Notes: a model not told the origin generated them from the letters alone. Counted from the stretch's first letter, positions 20,272 to 29,304 are shown. The stretch is 48,941 nucleotides of DNA from Bacteroidota bacterium (GCA_039028075.1 JBCCIX010000001.1:1-48941); one strand, 5' to 3'. Numbers and translations: made by a program.

Positions 20272-20391
20272 GGAAACATCAACGAAATCATCCTCAACTA
20301 TACCAATTGGAATAGAATCACTATGCGTTTCATTTTGGACAAGGCAGGAGTAGATTGTGACAAGCAATATAGCAGTTAGTAGTTCTTTCAA
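20272..20391 (-). pseudogene. 5' fragment of a putative lipoprotein gene interrupted by the RAYT cassette
   Basis: TTG start gives MKELLTAILLVTIYS-C (lipoprotein signal); frame runs into REP copy 2 and stops at 20233. Confidence 0.5.
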
Positions 20392-20431
20392 GATAGATTT
20401 TTGATTAATGCTCCGCTTTATCGCTTTTACA

Positions 20432-20462
20432 TAGCCGTTGTTGGTGTTGTCACCAACAACAT
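20432..20462 (+). repeat. REP palindrome family A, copy 3
   Basis: TAGCC-GTTGTTGGTG-TTGT-CACCAACAAC-AT; 30/31 identical to copy 1. Confidence 0.9.
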
Positions 20463-20473
20463 CTCGATATAAC

Positions 20474-20992
20474 TTACTCACTCCATGGCGGCACCACATC
20501 ATTCGCTCGAGCGTAGGCTATCAACTGCCCCATATGCTCACTCACGTGTGAAAGTGCAATTAGCATCACGCCTCGCTTGTTCATAGGCATACCCCCTGGA
20601 AACTCAACGCTGTCCAATAACTGATCATCTTTTACCGCCTTGGCCGAAGCCATTAAAAACTCATACGACTTCGCTAACGCGGCTTTGATATTTTCTTTGC
20701 CGGTTACAGATTTTTCATAGGTCATCAAATTCATATCCGATGGCAGCTCCGCACCCATTTTCATGGATAACCAGTAATTGGCGGAGGCCACGTGCATCAC
20801 TGCTTCACCCGCTGATCTTACTTGATCCGAGGGCTTGTATCCGTATTTATCCTCTGGAATCGCTTCAGCCAGTTGACTCACTCGTTCGGCATAAAAACCT
20901 ACTAATCCCATAATTTGGTCTTGGGCTTTCTGCTCTTCTTGAGCAAATAAGGCAATGGGAAAAGAGATCAATATTATCAATAACTTTTTCAT
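20474..20992 (-). CDS. DinB family protein with signal peptide
   Basis: AEAIPEDKYGYKP, HVASAN, HVSEHMGQLIAYAR..VVPPW. Confidence 0.9.
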   Translation of the reverse strand: MKKLLIILISFPIALFAQEEQKAQDQIMGLVGFYAERVSQLAEAIPEDKYGYKPSDQVRSAGEAVMHVASANYWLSMKMGAELPSDMNLMTYEKSVTGKENIKAALAKSYEFLMASAKAVKDDQLLDSVEFPGGMPMNKRGVMLIALSHVSEHMGQLIAYARANDVVPPWSE

Positions 20993-21112
20993 GTCAGCTC
21001 ATTTTGTTTTTCCAATGAAATTACTGCTTTTGATAGAAAATTACTACTGCTCAGTTACATACTGCGTATGTGCATGAATAAATTTCGAAAGTCAGATGTA
21101 CGCTAAAAGTAA

Positions 21113-21120
21113 TAACTTTG
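21113..21120 (+). promoter_or_regulatory. Bacteroidota primary-sigma -7 promoter element
   Basis: TAACTTTG is an exact TAnnTTTG match just upstream of the TPR gene. Confidence 0.55.
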
Positions 21121-21130
21121 CTTAGAGTCA

Positions 21131-24100
21131 ATGTTTGCGCTTATGAAGAAGAATTGGGTACTATTTGTCACAGTTTTTGTCACCGTCTTAGCTTACGGAC
21201 AAGATGATCCTGAGGCAGCCCTTTACCAAAAAGCTAACCAAAAACTTGAAACCGGTAATTTTAAGTCGGCGATCCTGGATTATTCACAACTTATCAATTC
21301 CAAATTCTCCAATAAAGAGGTATTCTTAAAACGCGGGATTGCTAACTATAGAACCAAGGCCTACTCCGCAGCTATCGATGATTTTGATGCGGCTGAAAAA
21401 GGCAAGGTCATATCACCGGATGTGGCGGGCTTCCGAGGTATAGCTTATTATGAACTTAAGGAATACGATAACGCAGATAAAGACCTTTCAAAAGCCATTT
21501 CCAATGGCTTTAATCAACCGGAGGGTTTTTATTATCTAGGAAATACAAAGTTTAGGAATGAAGATTTTTCATCAGCAATAGAACATTATGATCGAGCTGT
21601 TTCATCCGGATTAAATAATGCCAGCCTGTTTAACAACCGAGGTAAGGCGAAACAAAACAGTAATGACCTAAAGGGCGCAATTTCAGATTACGACCGGGCC
21701 CTGCAAATTGATCCCAATCACAAAAAGGCCTTGGAAAATCGGGCTACTGCAAATTTCGATTTGGAGAACTGGGATAGGGCCGCTACGGACTTTGCTAACC
21801 TAGTAACTCTGGGCGAGATAACTGCCGAGGTCTTTGAGAAAAAGGGCATTTCACTCTACAAATCAGGACAGCTTGAAGCGGGTTTACTGGCTATGGAAAG
21901 TGCCCTTAAACGTGGCAGCAGCAACCCCGACCTGAGAGTTTACATCGGTAACGCCTATTTCGATCAGAAGAATTTCAATAAAGCGAAACTTATTTACGAG
22001 CAGGCACAGCGAGCTGGTGGGACGCATCCCGAAGTGTATATCAATCTAGCCAAAATCTATTTTGAAAATGAGCAGTATGCAGCTGTAGATGAGCTTTTGT
22101 CAGAGGCGCTCAGCAAGGGTAACAACGAAGCCGAGATTTACCTCAATCGGGGACTGGCCAGGTATGAGTTAAAAAGATACGACGAAGCACAGCCCGATCT
22201 GGATCGTGCGATTAGCGAAGGGGCTACCACCTATGATGCCTACACCTATTTAGCGAACCTGCAATTTCAAAAAGAAGAGTATCATTTGGCCATTGCAAAC
22301 TATGACAAAGCCCTGGCCATGCAAAGTGATGATCACGTGATCTTCAATAATCGAGGTAAGGCGCAATTCAACCTGAATCAGTATGACGAGGCTATGGCAG
22401 ATTACAATAAAGCCCTGGAGCTAAAGACGGACTACAGCAAGGCACTGGACAATCGCGCACAAGTCTATTACCGAAAAGGGAACTGGGAAGGCTTAAAAAG
22501 CGATCTCGAAAAATTGAAGGGGAAAGTGCCATTGGAAGGTGAGCAATATGCGCAATTAGGTACCGCCTATTATCAATTGCAGGACTATCCTCAAGCCGTA
22601 ACTACCTTAAAATCTGCCATTCAGCGTGGCGCTGAAAGTGAGCCGTTAGTGGAAATGCTGGGAGTTGCCTTGTATCAAACAAAAGACTATAAATCCGCCT
22701 ACTCCTACCTGGAAAAAGCGAAGGCCAACGGTTCTACGGTATCAGATTTAAATCTAATGCTGGGAACATCGGCTTACCAAAGTCAAAATTATGGTACGGC
22801 GGTTCAGTATTTAAGCCAGGCTACGGGAAGTGGCGGAGGGGACATCTACTTTATGTTGGGTACCTCAAAATACAACTCCGGTGATCAGGCAGGCGCTATA
22901 AATGACCTTGAAAAAGCGGTAAGTGCCGGAGTAACGGACTACGCTACTTTTAAGATCCTAGGAGATGTGTACTACAAAAATCAAGAATATGCAAGAGCGA
23001 TCGGAGTATACGATAAGGCCGCTGCCATCAAATCTGATGATCACATTTTATTTAATAATCGGGGGAAGGCGAAGACGCTTGTAGGCAATACTTCGGGAGC
23101 ATTGGCGGATTACAATAAGGCTCTTGAAATCAAACCTGATTATGGACGAGCTCTTTTTAACCGGGGTGAGGCCAGTTATAAAGACGGTGATTTTACTACG
23201 GCCGTTCAGGATTTAGAGCAGGCGAAAGAGGCATCAGGTATGACCAAACCTATCGTTAAGATGTTAGCCTTGTCCTACTACCGGCTCGGCAATACTGATC
23301 AAGCTAAAACCTACCTAGATCGTGCCATAAAGGAGGGCAGTTCTTCTGGAGAAGTCCATTATTACAGTGGATTGATAAGTTTTGAGCGTGATGATTTTAG
23401 AGCGACCGTAAAGGCCTTAGAAAATGCCAAAAAGTATGGAGCTGAGGCACCTGATATTGCTGACAAGATGGGTGCGTCTTATTTTGAGTTAGGCAATTAC
23501 CAGGAGGCGCTTGCTAATTTCCCGACGAACACGAGTTCAGCCGATGTATTGGCCAAGATTGGAGTATCTCATTACGAACTCAAGTCCTATGAAGAGGCGG
23601 TGAGCTTTCTGAAAAAAGCAGTTGCTAAAGGCGCTTCGGATGCGCGTGTTTTGTACAATCTTGGTAATGCACAATTCAGGCAAGAAGATTACTCCGGAGC
23701 TATTCGATCGTATGATAAAGCCATAGCCGCAGGAGTCAGTGACGAGATCATTTATAATAATCGGGGGAAGGCGAAATTATTGGGTGAAGACTTCAATGGT
23801 GCCCTTTTGGATTTTAACAAAGCCCTGGAGATCAAGCCTGATTATGTGGTAGGGCTGAGAAACCGTGGTGCTGTAAATTATGAATTGGGTGATTACGACA
23901 CTGTGATCTCTGATCTAAGTAGTGTGGTAGCTGATGGCAATGGTACTCAAGAGGAGTATCTGTACCTCGGCGTGTCAAAATTTAAAACCGGTGATCAATC
24001 CGGTGCGTTAAAAGACCTGGAAAAAGCACGTTCGTTAGGTGCAGATGGAGGCTTACTCTACTACGGTTTGGGTAACAGTCAGTATGCTTCCGGTGATTTT

Positions 24101-25309
24101 AAAAATGCCGCGACGAGTCTTGAGAAAGTATTGGGCACAGAATATGCAGATGGTGAGACTCTTCAGCATTTGGGTAATGCCCGATACCAACTTGAGGATT
24201 ATAGCGGTGCCCTGGACGTATTAAAGCAGGCGGTAGCTTCGGGAGTGGATAATGCGGAAACTTATCACAACCTGGGCCACGCTCATTATGAAGCTAAAGA
24301 TTTCGAAGAGGCGATTTCTATCATCAATAAAGCAATTGCCAAAGATGGTGGTTATGCCACGGCCTACTATCATCGTGGCAACGCTAAGTTTAGGCTCAAG
24401 AATTATGAAAGCGCAATTTCGGATTACGACCTGGCCGTTAGTAACGGCTATGAGACCGCACTTATCTTTAACAACCGTGGTAAAGCCAAGCAACTTTTAG
24501 AACGCTATGATGAGGCGATCAATGATTTTGATCAAGCTATTACAATTGACAATACCTACGCTAAAGCTTATCAAAATCGTGGTGAAACCTACTACAAGAA
24601 AGAAGATTTTGATGGCGCAATCGAGAGTTTGGCACAGTTCAGAAAGATGTCTGACGAAGAAAACCCTGAGGTGATCTACTATTTAGGAGAGGCTTATTAT
24701 GGTTTAGGTGATTACGTAAGAGCGCTTTCTTATTACGATAAGGCGGTAGAACTGGGAAATAAAGATCCTGAACTACTTGAGCATCGGGCAAAAGCGCTAA
24801 TTGAAAATGAGGAATATGGTGCAGCGATTAAAGACATTGGACAGCTGATTGGCTCGGGAACGCAGTCAGCTTCTCTGTATCTGAGTCGAGCGACTGCATA
24901 CACCTTCATCGGTAATACCAGAGCAGCACTTACCGATCTGGATAAAGCTATTGAATTGGACAATAATAACCCCAACGCCTACTATAACCGAGCTTTTATT
25001 AAGGAAGAGGCAGAAGATTTTGAGGGTGCCATGAGCGATTACAATCGAGTGGTGCAATTAAGTCCTGAAGATGACCGAGCCTATTATGATCTTGCGAACA
25101 CAAAAGTGGCCGTTGGGGATTTTGGTGGGGGATTAGGCCCCATTAATAAAGCCATTGAGCTCAAGCCCAACGAGTCATCCTACTACAAAATGAAAGGGAA
25201 TATTCAATATCGTATGAACCAGCCGAGTGGTGCATGTAAGAGCTGGCAGAAAGCGTTGGAGTTGGGTGATAAAAAAAGTCAGTACAACCTGGATCAGTAC
25301 TGCAAATAA
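21131..25309 (+). CDS. Very large exported tetratricopeptide-repeat protein
   Basis: Signal peptide (MKKNW..AYGQ, alternative start 21143) followed by continuous 34-aa TPR motifs; ends AC..W.KA.ELG...YC. Confidence 0.93.
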   Translation: MFALMKKNWVLFVTVFVTVLAYGQDDPEAALYQKANQKLETGNFKSAILDYSQLINSKFSNKEVFLKRGIANYRTKAYSAAIDDFDAAEKGKVISPDVAGFRGIAYYELKEYDNADKDLSKAISNGFNQPEGFYYLGNTKFRNEDFSSAIEHYDRAVSSGLNNASLFNNRGKAKQNSNDLKGAISDYDRALQIDPNHKKALENRATANFDLENWDRAATDFANLVTLGEITAEVFEKKGISLYKSGQLEAGLLAMESALKRGSSNPDLRVYIGNAYFDQKNFNKAKLIYEQAQRAGGTHPEVYINLAKIYFENEQYAAVDELLSEALSKGNNEAEIYLNRGLARYELKRYDEAQPDLDRAISEGATTYDAYTYLANLQFQKEEYHLAIANYDKALAMQSDDHVIFNNRGKAQFNLNQYDEAMADYNKALELKTDYSKALDNRAQVYYRKGNWEGLKSDLEKLKGKVPLEGEQYAQLGTAYYQLQDYPQAVTTLKSAIQRGAESEPLVEMLGVALYQTKDYKSAYSYLEKAKANGSTVSDLNLMLGTSAYQSQNYGTAVQYLSQATGSGGGDIYFMLGTSKYNSGDQAGAINDLEKAVSAGVTDYATFKILGDVYYKNQEYARAIGVYDKAAAIKSDDHILFNNRGKAKTLVGNTSGALADYNKALEIKPDYGRALFNRGEASYKDGDFTTAVQDLEQAKEASGMTKPIVKMLALSYYRLGNTDQAKTYLDRAIKEGSSSGEVHYYSGLISFERDDFRATVKALENAKKYGAEAPDIADKMGASYFELGNYQEALANFPTNTSSADVLAKIGVSHYELKSYEEAVSFLKKAVAKGASDARVLYNLGNAQFRQEDYSGAIRSYDKAIAAGVSDEIIYNNRGKAKLLGEDFNGALLDFNKALEIKPDYVVGLRNRGAVNYELGDYDTVISDLSSVVADGNGTQEEYLYLGVSKFKTGDQSGALKDLEKARSLGADGGLLYYGLGNSQYASGDFKNAATSLEKVLGTEYADGETLQHLGNARYQLEDYSGALDVLKQAVASGVDNAETYHNLGHAHYEAKDFEEAISIINKAIAKDGGYATAYYHRGNAKFRLKNYESAISDYDLAVSNGYETALIFNNRGKAKQLLERYDEAINDFDQAITIDNTYAKAYQNRGETYYKKEDFDGAIESLAQFRKMSDEENPEVIYYLGEAYYGLGDYVRALSYYDKAVELGNKDPELLEHRAKALIENEEYGAAIKDIGQLIGSGTQSASLYLSRATAYTFIGNTRAALTDLDKAIELDNNNPNAYYNRAFIKEEAEDFEGAMSDYNRVVQLSPEDDRAYYDLANTKVAVGDFGGGLGPINKAIELKPNESSYYKMKGNIQYRMNQPSGACKSWQKALELGDKKSQYNLDQYCK

Positions 25310-25387
25310 TCCAACTTTATCTAAAATCTTACATACCCGGTTCCCACCCAATACGTTAGCCGTATACATAGCCAAAATGGATTGACT

Positions 25388-25873
25388 ATGAGAAGTTGGC
25401 TGGTTCTCCTATTGTGTGTGGGTACCTGTTGTCTCCGCGCGCAAAATTTTCAAACTAAAATCACAGGTGTAGTTAATGGCGATACCTTCGAATTCCTCGA
25501 TGAAGAAAAAGTAGTGGTGCGTGTTCTGCTGAGTGAAGTAGATGCACCCGAAGTGGGTCAAGAATTCAGTGATGAGGCCTCTGCGTTTTCGAAGAAATTG
25601 CTCTTGAAGAAAAAAGTTACCGTTGAATACAAGGGCAAGGACTTCTTTGGAAATAAGTTAGCTATTATCACCCTGAAGAACGGACGTAAAATTCATGATC
25701 TGTTGCTGGAAAATGGATTGGCCATGGTGCGAGAAAGAAAAAAAGATCCTCAACTACTTAAAATCCAGCAACAGGCCAAATCATCAAAAGTTGGTGTTTG
25801 GTCTATAAAAGAACCCGTCACCCCGTGGGTTTACCGTAGACAACAAACCATGCGCCAAGCAAAGTCGAGGTAA
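25388..25873 (+). CDS. Thermonuclease (SNase) family protein with degenerate active site
   Basis: Signal peptide; V.NGDT, VDAPE.GQEF..EA, LLENGLA, AK..KVGVW, PWVYR. Confidence 0.85.
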   Translation: MRSWLVLLLCVGTCCLRAQNFQTKITGVVNGDTFEFLDEEKVVVRVLLSEVDAPEVGQEFSDEASAFSKKLLLKKKVTVEYKGKDFFGNKLAIITLKNGRKIHDLLLENGLAMVRERKKDPQLLKIQQQAKSSKVGVWSIKEPVTPWVYRRQQTMRQAKSR

Positions 25874-26088
25874 TTACCTAAAGTGTCGCCATGAAGTTAT
25901 AAAAACGTCATAGTAGAGATCAAAGGGTTTTCAAGGTAAGGCACACCATTGCGTAAATATTTGTGATTGGCACTTTATGTTTTGCTTTCCATGAAATAAT
26001 CACGCACCGAAAAGCAATGGAATACATACCATAGCGAGCTGGGATGAAAAGAGAGTTAAGCGTTTTCTTATCGGGCTCACTAGTTATT

Positions 26089-26114
26089 TTATTTTCAATA
26101 AATTTTGAAAATAA
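26089..26114. promoter_or_regulatory. Palindromic operator 1 (putative GbsR-family site) overlapping the -33 promoter region
   Basis: TTATTTTCAA-TAAATT-TTGAAAATAA, perfect 10-bp arms; TATCTTTG -7 element at 26126-26133. Confidence 0.7.
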
Positions 26115-26137
26115 GAAAAATAGCATATCTTTGAAGC

Positions 26138-26632
26138 ATGGATTATGAAGAAGGAAAGCATAAGTTCATCCAGGCTTGGGGAACCTTGGGATCGAGTTGG
26201 GGGATCAACAAAGTGATGGCGCAGATACATGCTTTACTGTTGATTTCGCCCAAATCCATGACTACTGATGAGATTATGGAGGAGTTAAAGATATCACGAG
26301 GCAATGTGAATATGAATATTCGAGCATTAATGGAATGGGGTATCGTGGAGAAGGAGCTGATCGTAGGTGAGCGGAAGGATCACTATCGTGCTGAAAAGGA
26401 TACCTGGCAGTTGGCACGACAAGTATCACGCGAAAGGCGAAAAAGAGAGATTGAGCCGATCTTGAAAGTGTTGGGTGAGGTACAGACTGTATCAGGGAAG
26501 TCGGATGAAATTAAAGAGTTTAAAACGGTAACGGCCGATCTGAAAGACTTTTCAAGCAAGATTGATGGTGCACTGGATAAGTTCACTCGTTCTGACAAAA
26601 ATTGGTTTTTCAAGATGCTGTTGAAATTGTAA
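26138..26632 (+). CDS. GbsR/MarR family transcriptional regulator
   Basis: FIQAWGTLGSSWGINKVMAQIHALL, ISRGNVNMNIRALMEWG, GERK. Confidence 0.9.
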   Translation: MDYEEGKHKFIQAWGTLGSSWGINKVMAQIHALLLISPKSMTTDEIMEELKISRGNVNMNIRALMEWGIVEKELIVGERKDHYRAEKDTWQLARQVSRERRKREIEPILKVLGEVQTVSGKSDEIKEFKTVTADLKDFSSKIDGALDKFTRSDKNWFFKMLLKL

Positions 26633-26634
26633 CC

Positions 26635-26681
26635 TTTTTATTTGAACTGTATTTTCAATAATTTTTGAAAAAAATGAATAT
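26635..26681 (+). repeat. 47-bp direct repeat copy 1 containing operator 2
   Basis: 40/47 identical to 27565-27611; core TTTTCAA-N6-TTGAAAA. Confidence 0.75.
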
Positions 26682-27579
26682 CAAAAGAGGACAAATCGAA
26701 AAACTTCTTACCTACTATGAGGACGCAGGTCCGGATTACGGTCATTGGAGTAAAAATTTTAATATGCATTTCGGATATTATCAGTGTGGAATCAATCCAT
26801 TCAATCGTGAAGCGCTTCTTGATAATATGAACAAAAGGGTTTTTGAAGAACTCCATCCAAAGGACTTTTCAGGTACTCTTTTAGTAGATCTGGGCTGTGG
26901 GCTTGGTGCTACTTTACGCTCTTTTCGAAAGACCATTATAAAAACCAAGTTGACTGGGGTTACGATTGTACCTTGGCAAGTTGAGAAAGCCAGAGCGCTA
27001 AATCACCTGGATGAGCGTAACCATAATATCAAGATCTTAACGGCTGATTATTCCGATACACCTTTAGAGGATAATTCGGTTGATTATATCGTTGCCATTG
27101 AAAGTGCATGCCATGCCTCCGGACCATCAAAATTAGTTTTGCTCAAAGAAATGCATCGCATACTAAGGCCCGGCGGCCGGTTTGTTATCGCAGATGGCTT
27201 TAGAAAAACGCATAGAATGCTAAAAGGAATATTGAAAAAGGCGTATCAAACGCTGTGTAGTTCCTGGGCAATTGAACAACTGGGTAACATTCTGGAAGTT
27301 GAAAAATCGCTCAAAGCATTAGGTTTTGTGGAACTTCATAAACGGGACATTTCCTGGCGCGTGGCTCCTTCTGTGGCCCACGTGCCCGGCACTGTGTTCA
27401 CGTTTTTAATGAAACAGCTTTTTGATAAAAATTCCAAAATGACCCCTCAACGTTGGAACAACCTCAAGTCACCCTTGCTCACGATGTTCGTCGGACTTGC
27501 GCGTAAAGAGTTTGGCTATTATATGATCAGCGGCACAAAAGCACCTGAGCGTAATCATAAGCTGTTTTTATTTGAATAG
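26674..27579 (+). CDS. Class I SAM-dependent methyltransferase (tocopherol/sterol MTase-like)
   Basis: MHFGYY, VDLGCGLG, GVTI...Q, AIESACH, RILRPGGRFVIAD; start placed at ATG 26674. Confidence 0.88.
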   Translation: MNIKRGQIEKLLTYYEDAGPDYGHWSKNFNMHFGYYQCGINPFNREALLDNMNKRVFEELHPKDFSGTLLVDLGCGLGATLRSFRKTIIKTKLTGVTIVPWQVEKARALNHLDERNHNIKILTADYSDTPLEDNSVDYIVAIESACHASGPSKLVLLKEMHRILRPGGRFVIADGFRKTHRMLKGILKKAYQTLCSSWAIEQLGNILEVEKSLKALGFVELHKRDISWRVAPSVAHVPGTVFTFLMKQLFDKNSKMTPQRWNNLKSPLLTMFVGLARKEFGYYMISGTKAPERNHKLFLFE

Positions 27580-27611
27580 AATTTTCAATTTTTTCTGAAA
27601 TAAATGAATAT
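27565..27611 (+). repeat. 47-bp direct repeat copy 2 containing operator 3
   Basis: 40/47 identical to 26635-26681; core TTTTCAA-N6-CTGAAA. Confidence 0.75.
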
Positions 27612-27631
27612 AAATTTAAACCCCTAATATC

Positions 27632-27982
27632 ATGAATTACGTTATTTTAAGTTACACCCTTTATCTTCCCATTACCATTTTACTTACGGTGTGGGTGGCA
27701 CGTACCCTTTTCAAAAATGGGCGTATCTTCTTGATTGAAATATTCAAGGAAGATGAACTTCTGGCGGACAGTGTCAATCGGTTATTGCTCGTTGGCTTCT
27801 ACCTTATCAACATCGGTTATGCCGTTTATACGCTCCGTATCTTGGATGAGATAAACACCATTCAGTTGGTTATTGAAAAATTGAGCCTAAAGATTGGCGC
27901 TATCATCCTGATCCTCGGCGGAATGCACTTTTTCAACCTGTTTGTATTCTTCAATCTCCGTAAGAAAGCTCAAAATCAATAG
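27632..27982 (+). CDS. Conserved three-TM hypothetical membrane protein
   Basis: VARTLFKNG, LADSVNRLLLVGFYLINIGY, KIG..ILILGGMHFFN. Confidence 0.8.
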   Translation: MNYVILSYTLYLPITILLTVWVARTLFKNGRIFLIEIFKEDELLADSVNRLLLVGFYLINIGYAVYTLRILDEINTIQLVIEKLSLKIGAIILILGGMHFFNLFVFFNLRKKAQNQ

Positions 27983-27984
27983 TT

Positions 27985-28350
27985 ATGCTGAAGCTTAATT
28001 TTTATTTACAGATTGTTTTTGCAGCTATACTCGTGGTGATTTTATTGGTGTCGCTTTTGAATCTTGATTCGGGTTTACTGTTCGCTGTGCTTTATTTGCA
28101 AATTCCTCTGGGCGTATCACACGTGCTTGGTGGGATTCTTTTAAGGGTATTCCAAAAAAAAGAACGAAAGCATCTAAGTGTGTACCTGTTGGCGGTGGTT
28201 CTCAACCTGGCTCTTATTCCTTTGAACGCATATATGTTTTCCTCAGTGAAAGAGGCCGTAATCATGCTGTTGGTAGTGGCTCTTCCCTGGATTTTAGCCT
28301 CCTACTATGGATTTATCTCGTACCGGTTATTTAAAAACAGTCATGGATAA
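27985..28350 (+). CDS. Four-TM hypothetical membrane protein
   Basis: Hydrophobic ORF tightly coupled to its neighbours. Confidence 0.7.
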   Translation: MLKLNFYLQIVFAAILVVILLVSLLNLDSGLLFAVLYLQIPLGVSHVLGGILLRVFQKKERKHLSVYLLAVVLNLALIPLNAYMFSSVKEAVIMLLVVALPWILASYYGFISYRLFKNSHG

Positions 28351-29242
28351 AATTATCATAGCCGGAGGAAGTGGTTTTCTGGGCCGATGCCTGGTGCAAC
28401 ACTATCACGGCATCAAAGAGATTGTGATTCTTTCTAGAACGTTTACGGCAACTCCCGGGGCAAAAGTCGTAGTGTGGGATGCTCGAGGTCAAGGTGCGTG
28501 GTCTGAGGAATTGGAAGGTGCGAAAGCCGTGATCAACCTTTGCGGTAAATCGGTAGATTGCCGTTATAACGAGAAGAATAAGGCTCAAATTTATTCGTCC
28601 CGCTTACACTCCACAAAGGCGATTGGCGAAGCCATACGGAGATGTCAAAGGCCACCGGAAGTTTGGATCAATTCTTCATCAGCTACCATTTACCGCCATT
28701 CTGTAGATCAGCCTATGGAGGAGGAATTTGGTGAAATTGGAGCTGGATTTTCTGTAGATGTGTGCCAAAAGTGGGAGGCCGAATTCCATTCATTCGAGCT
28801 TCCTAACACACGAAAAATTGTGGCCAGAACGGCCATTGTGCTTGGCCGTGGAGGTGGCGCTCTCCAACCTCTCCGCAGACTTGCCCAATTAGGTCTGGGC
28901 GGTTACCAAGGGTCGGGGAGTCAAATGGTCAGTTGGTTGCATCAGGATGATTTTACTTCTATAGTTGATTATTTCCTAGTGAATCCACTTTCAGGCGTGT
29001 TTAATTTAGCAGCACCCCATCCAATTACTAATAAAGAATTTATGAGCGCATTAAGAAAGGCGGTGGGTATCTCAATAGGCATACCCACGCCCGCTTGGTT
29101 ACTTGAGATCGGTGCAAGAATTATTCGCACCGAGACGGAGTTAATTTTGAAGAGCAGGTATGTAGTTCCTAAACGGTTAACCGACGAAGGTTATCTCTTC
29201 CAATTCGAGACTGTCGGTCACGCCTTGCAGAACTTAATATAA
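28343..29242 (+). CDS. TIGR01777/YfcH-like NAD-dependent epimerase family protein
   Basis: IIIAGGSGFLG, VINLCGKSV, SSSATIY, VCQKWE, GSGSQMVSWLH, FNLAAP; start at ATG 28343. Confidence 0.9.
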   Translation: MDKIIIAGGSGFLGRCLVQHYHGIKEIVILSRTFTATPGAKVVVWDARGQGAWSEELEGAKAVINLCGKSVDCRYNEKNKAQIYSSRLHSTKAIGEAIRRCQRPPEVWINSSSATIYRHSVDQPMEEEFGEIGAGFSVDVCQKWEAEFHSFELPNTRKIVARTAIVLGRGGGALQPLRRLAQLGLGGYQGSGSQMVSWLHQDDFTSIVDYFLVNPLSGVFNLAAPHPITNKEFMSALRKAVGISIGIPTPAWLLEIGARIIRTETELILKSRYVVPKRLTDEGYLFQFETVGHALQNLI

Positions 29243-29248
29243 TACACT

Positions 29249-29283
29249 AAGATTTCCGAAGTTTTCGAAACTTCGGAAGTCTT
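29249..29283. repeat. Long intergenic palindrome (REP-like family C, single copy here)
   Basis: AAGATTTCCGAAGTTT-TCG-AAACTTCGGAAGTCTT, 16-bp arms with one T/G mismatch, no U-tract. Confidence 0.7.
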
Positions 29284-29304
29284 GTATCCAACAAATATTC
29301 ATTT

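Noticed and set aside
20233-20502. 89-aa ORF as given in the track
   Set aside because: Its N-terminus overlaps the DinB gene and reads through REP copy 3; only the part from TTG 20391 looks like real coding sequence
25920-26126. 68-aa minus-strand ORF
   Set aside because: Runs through the operator and promoter of the GbsR-family gene and has no motif
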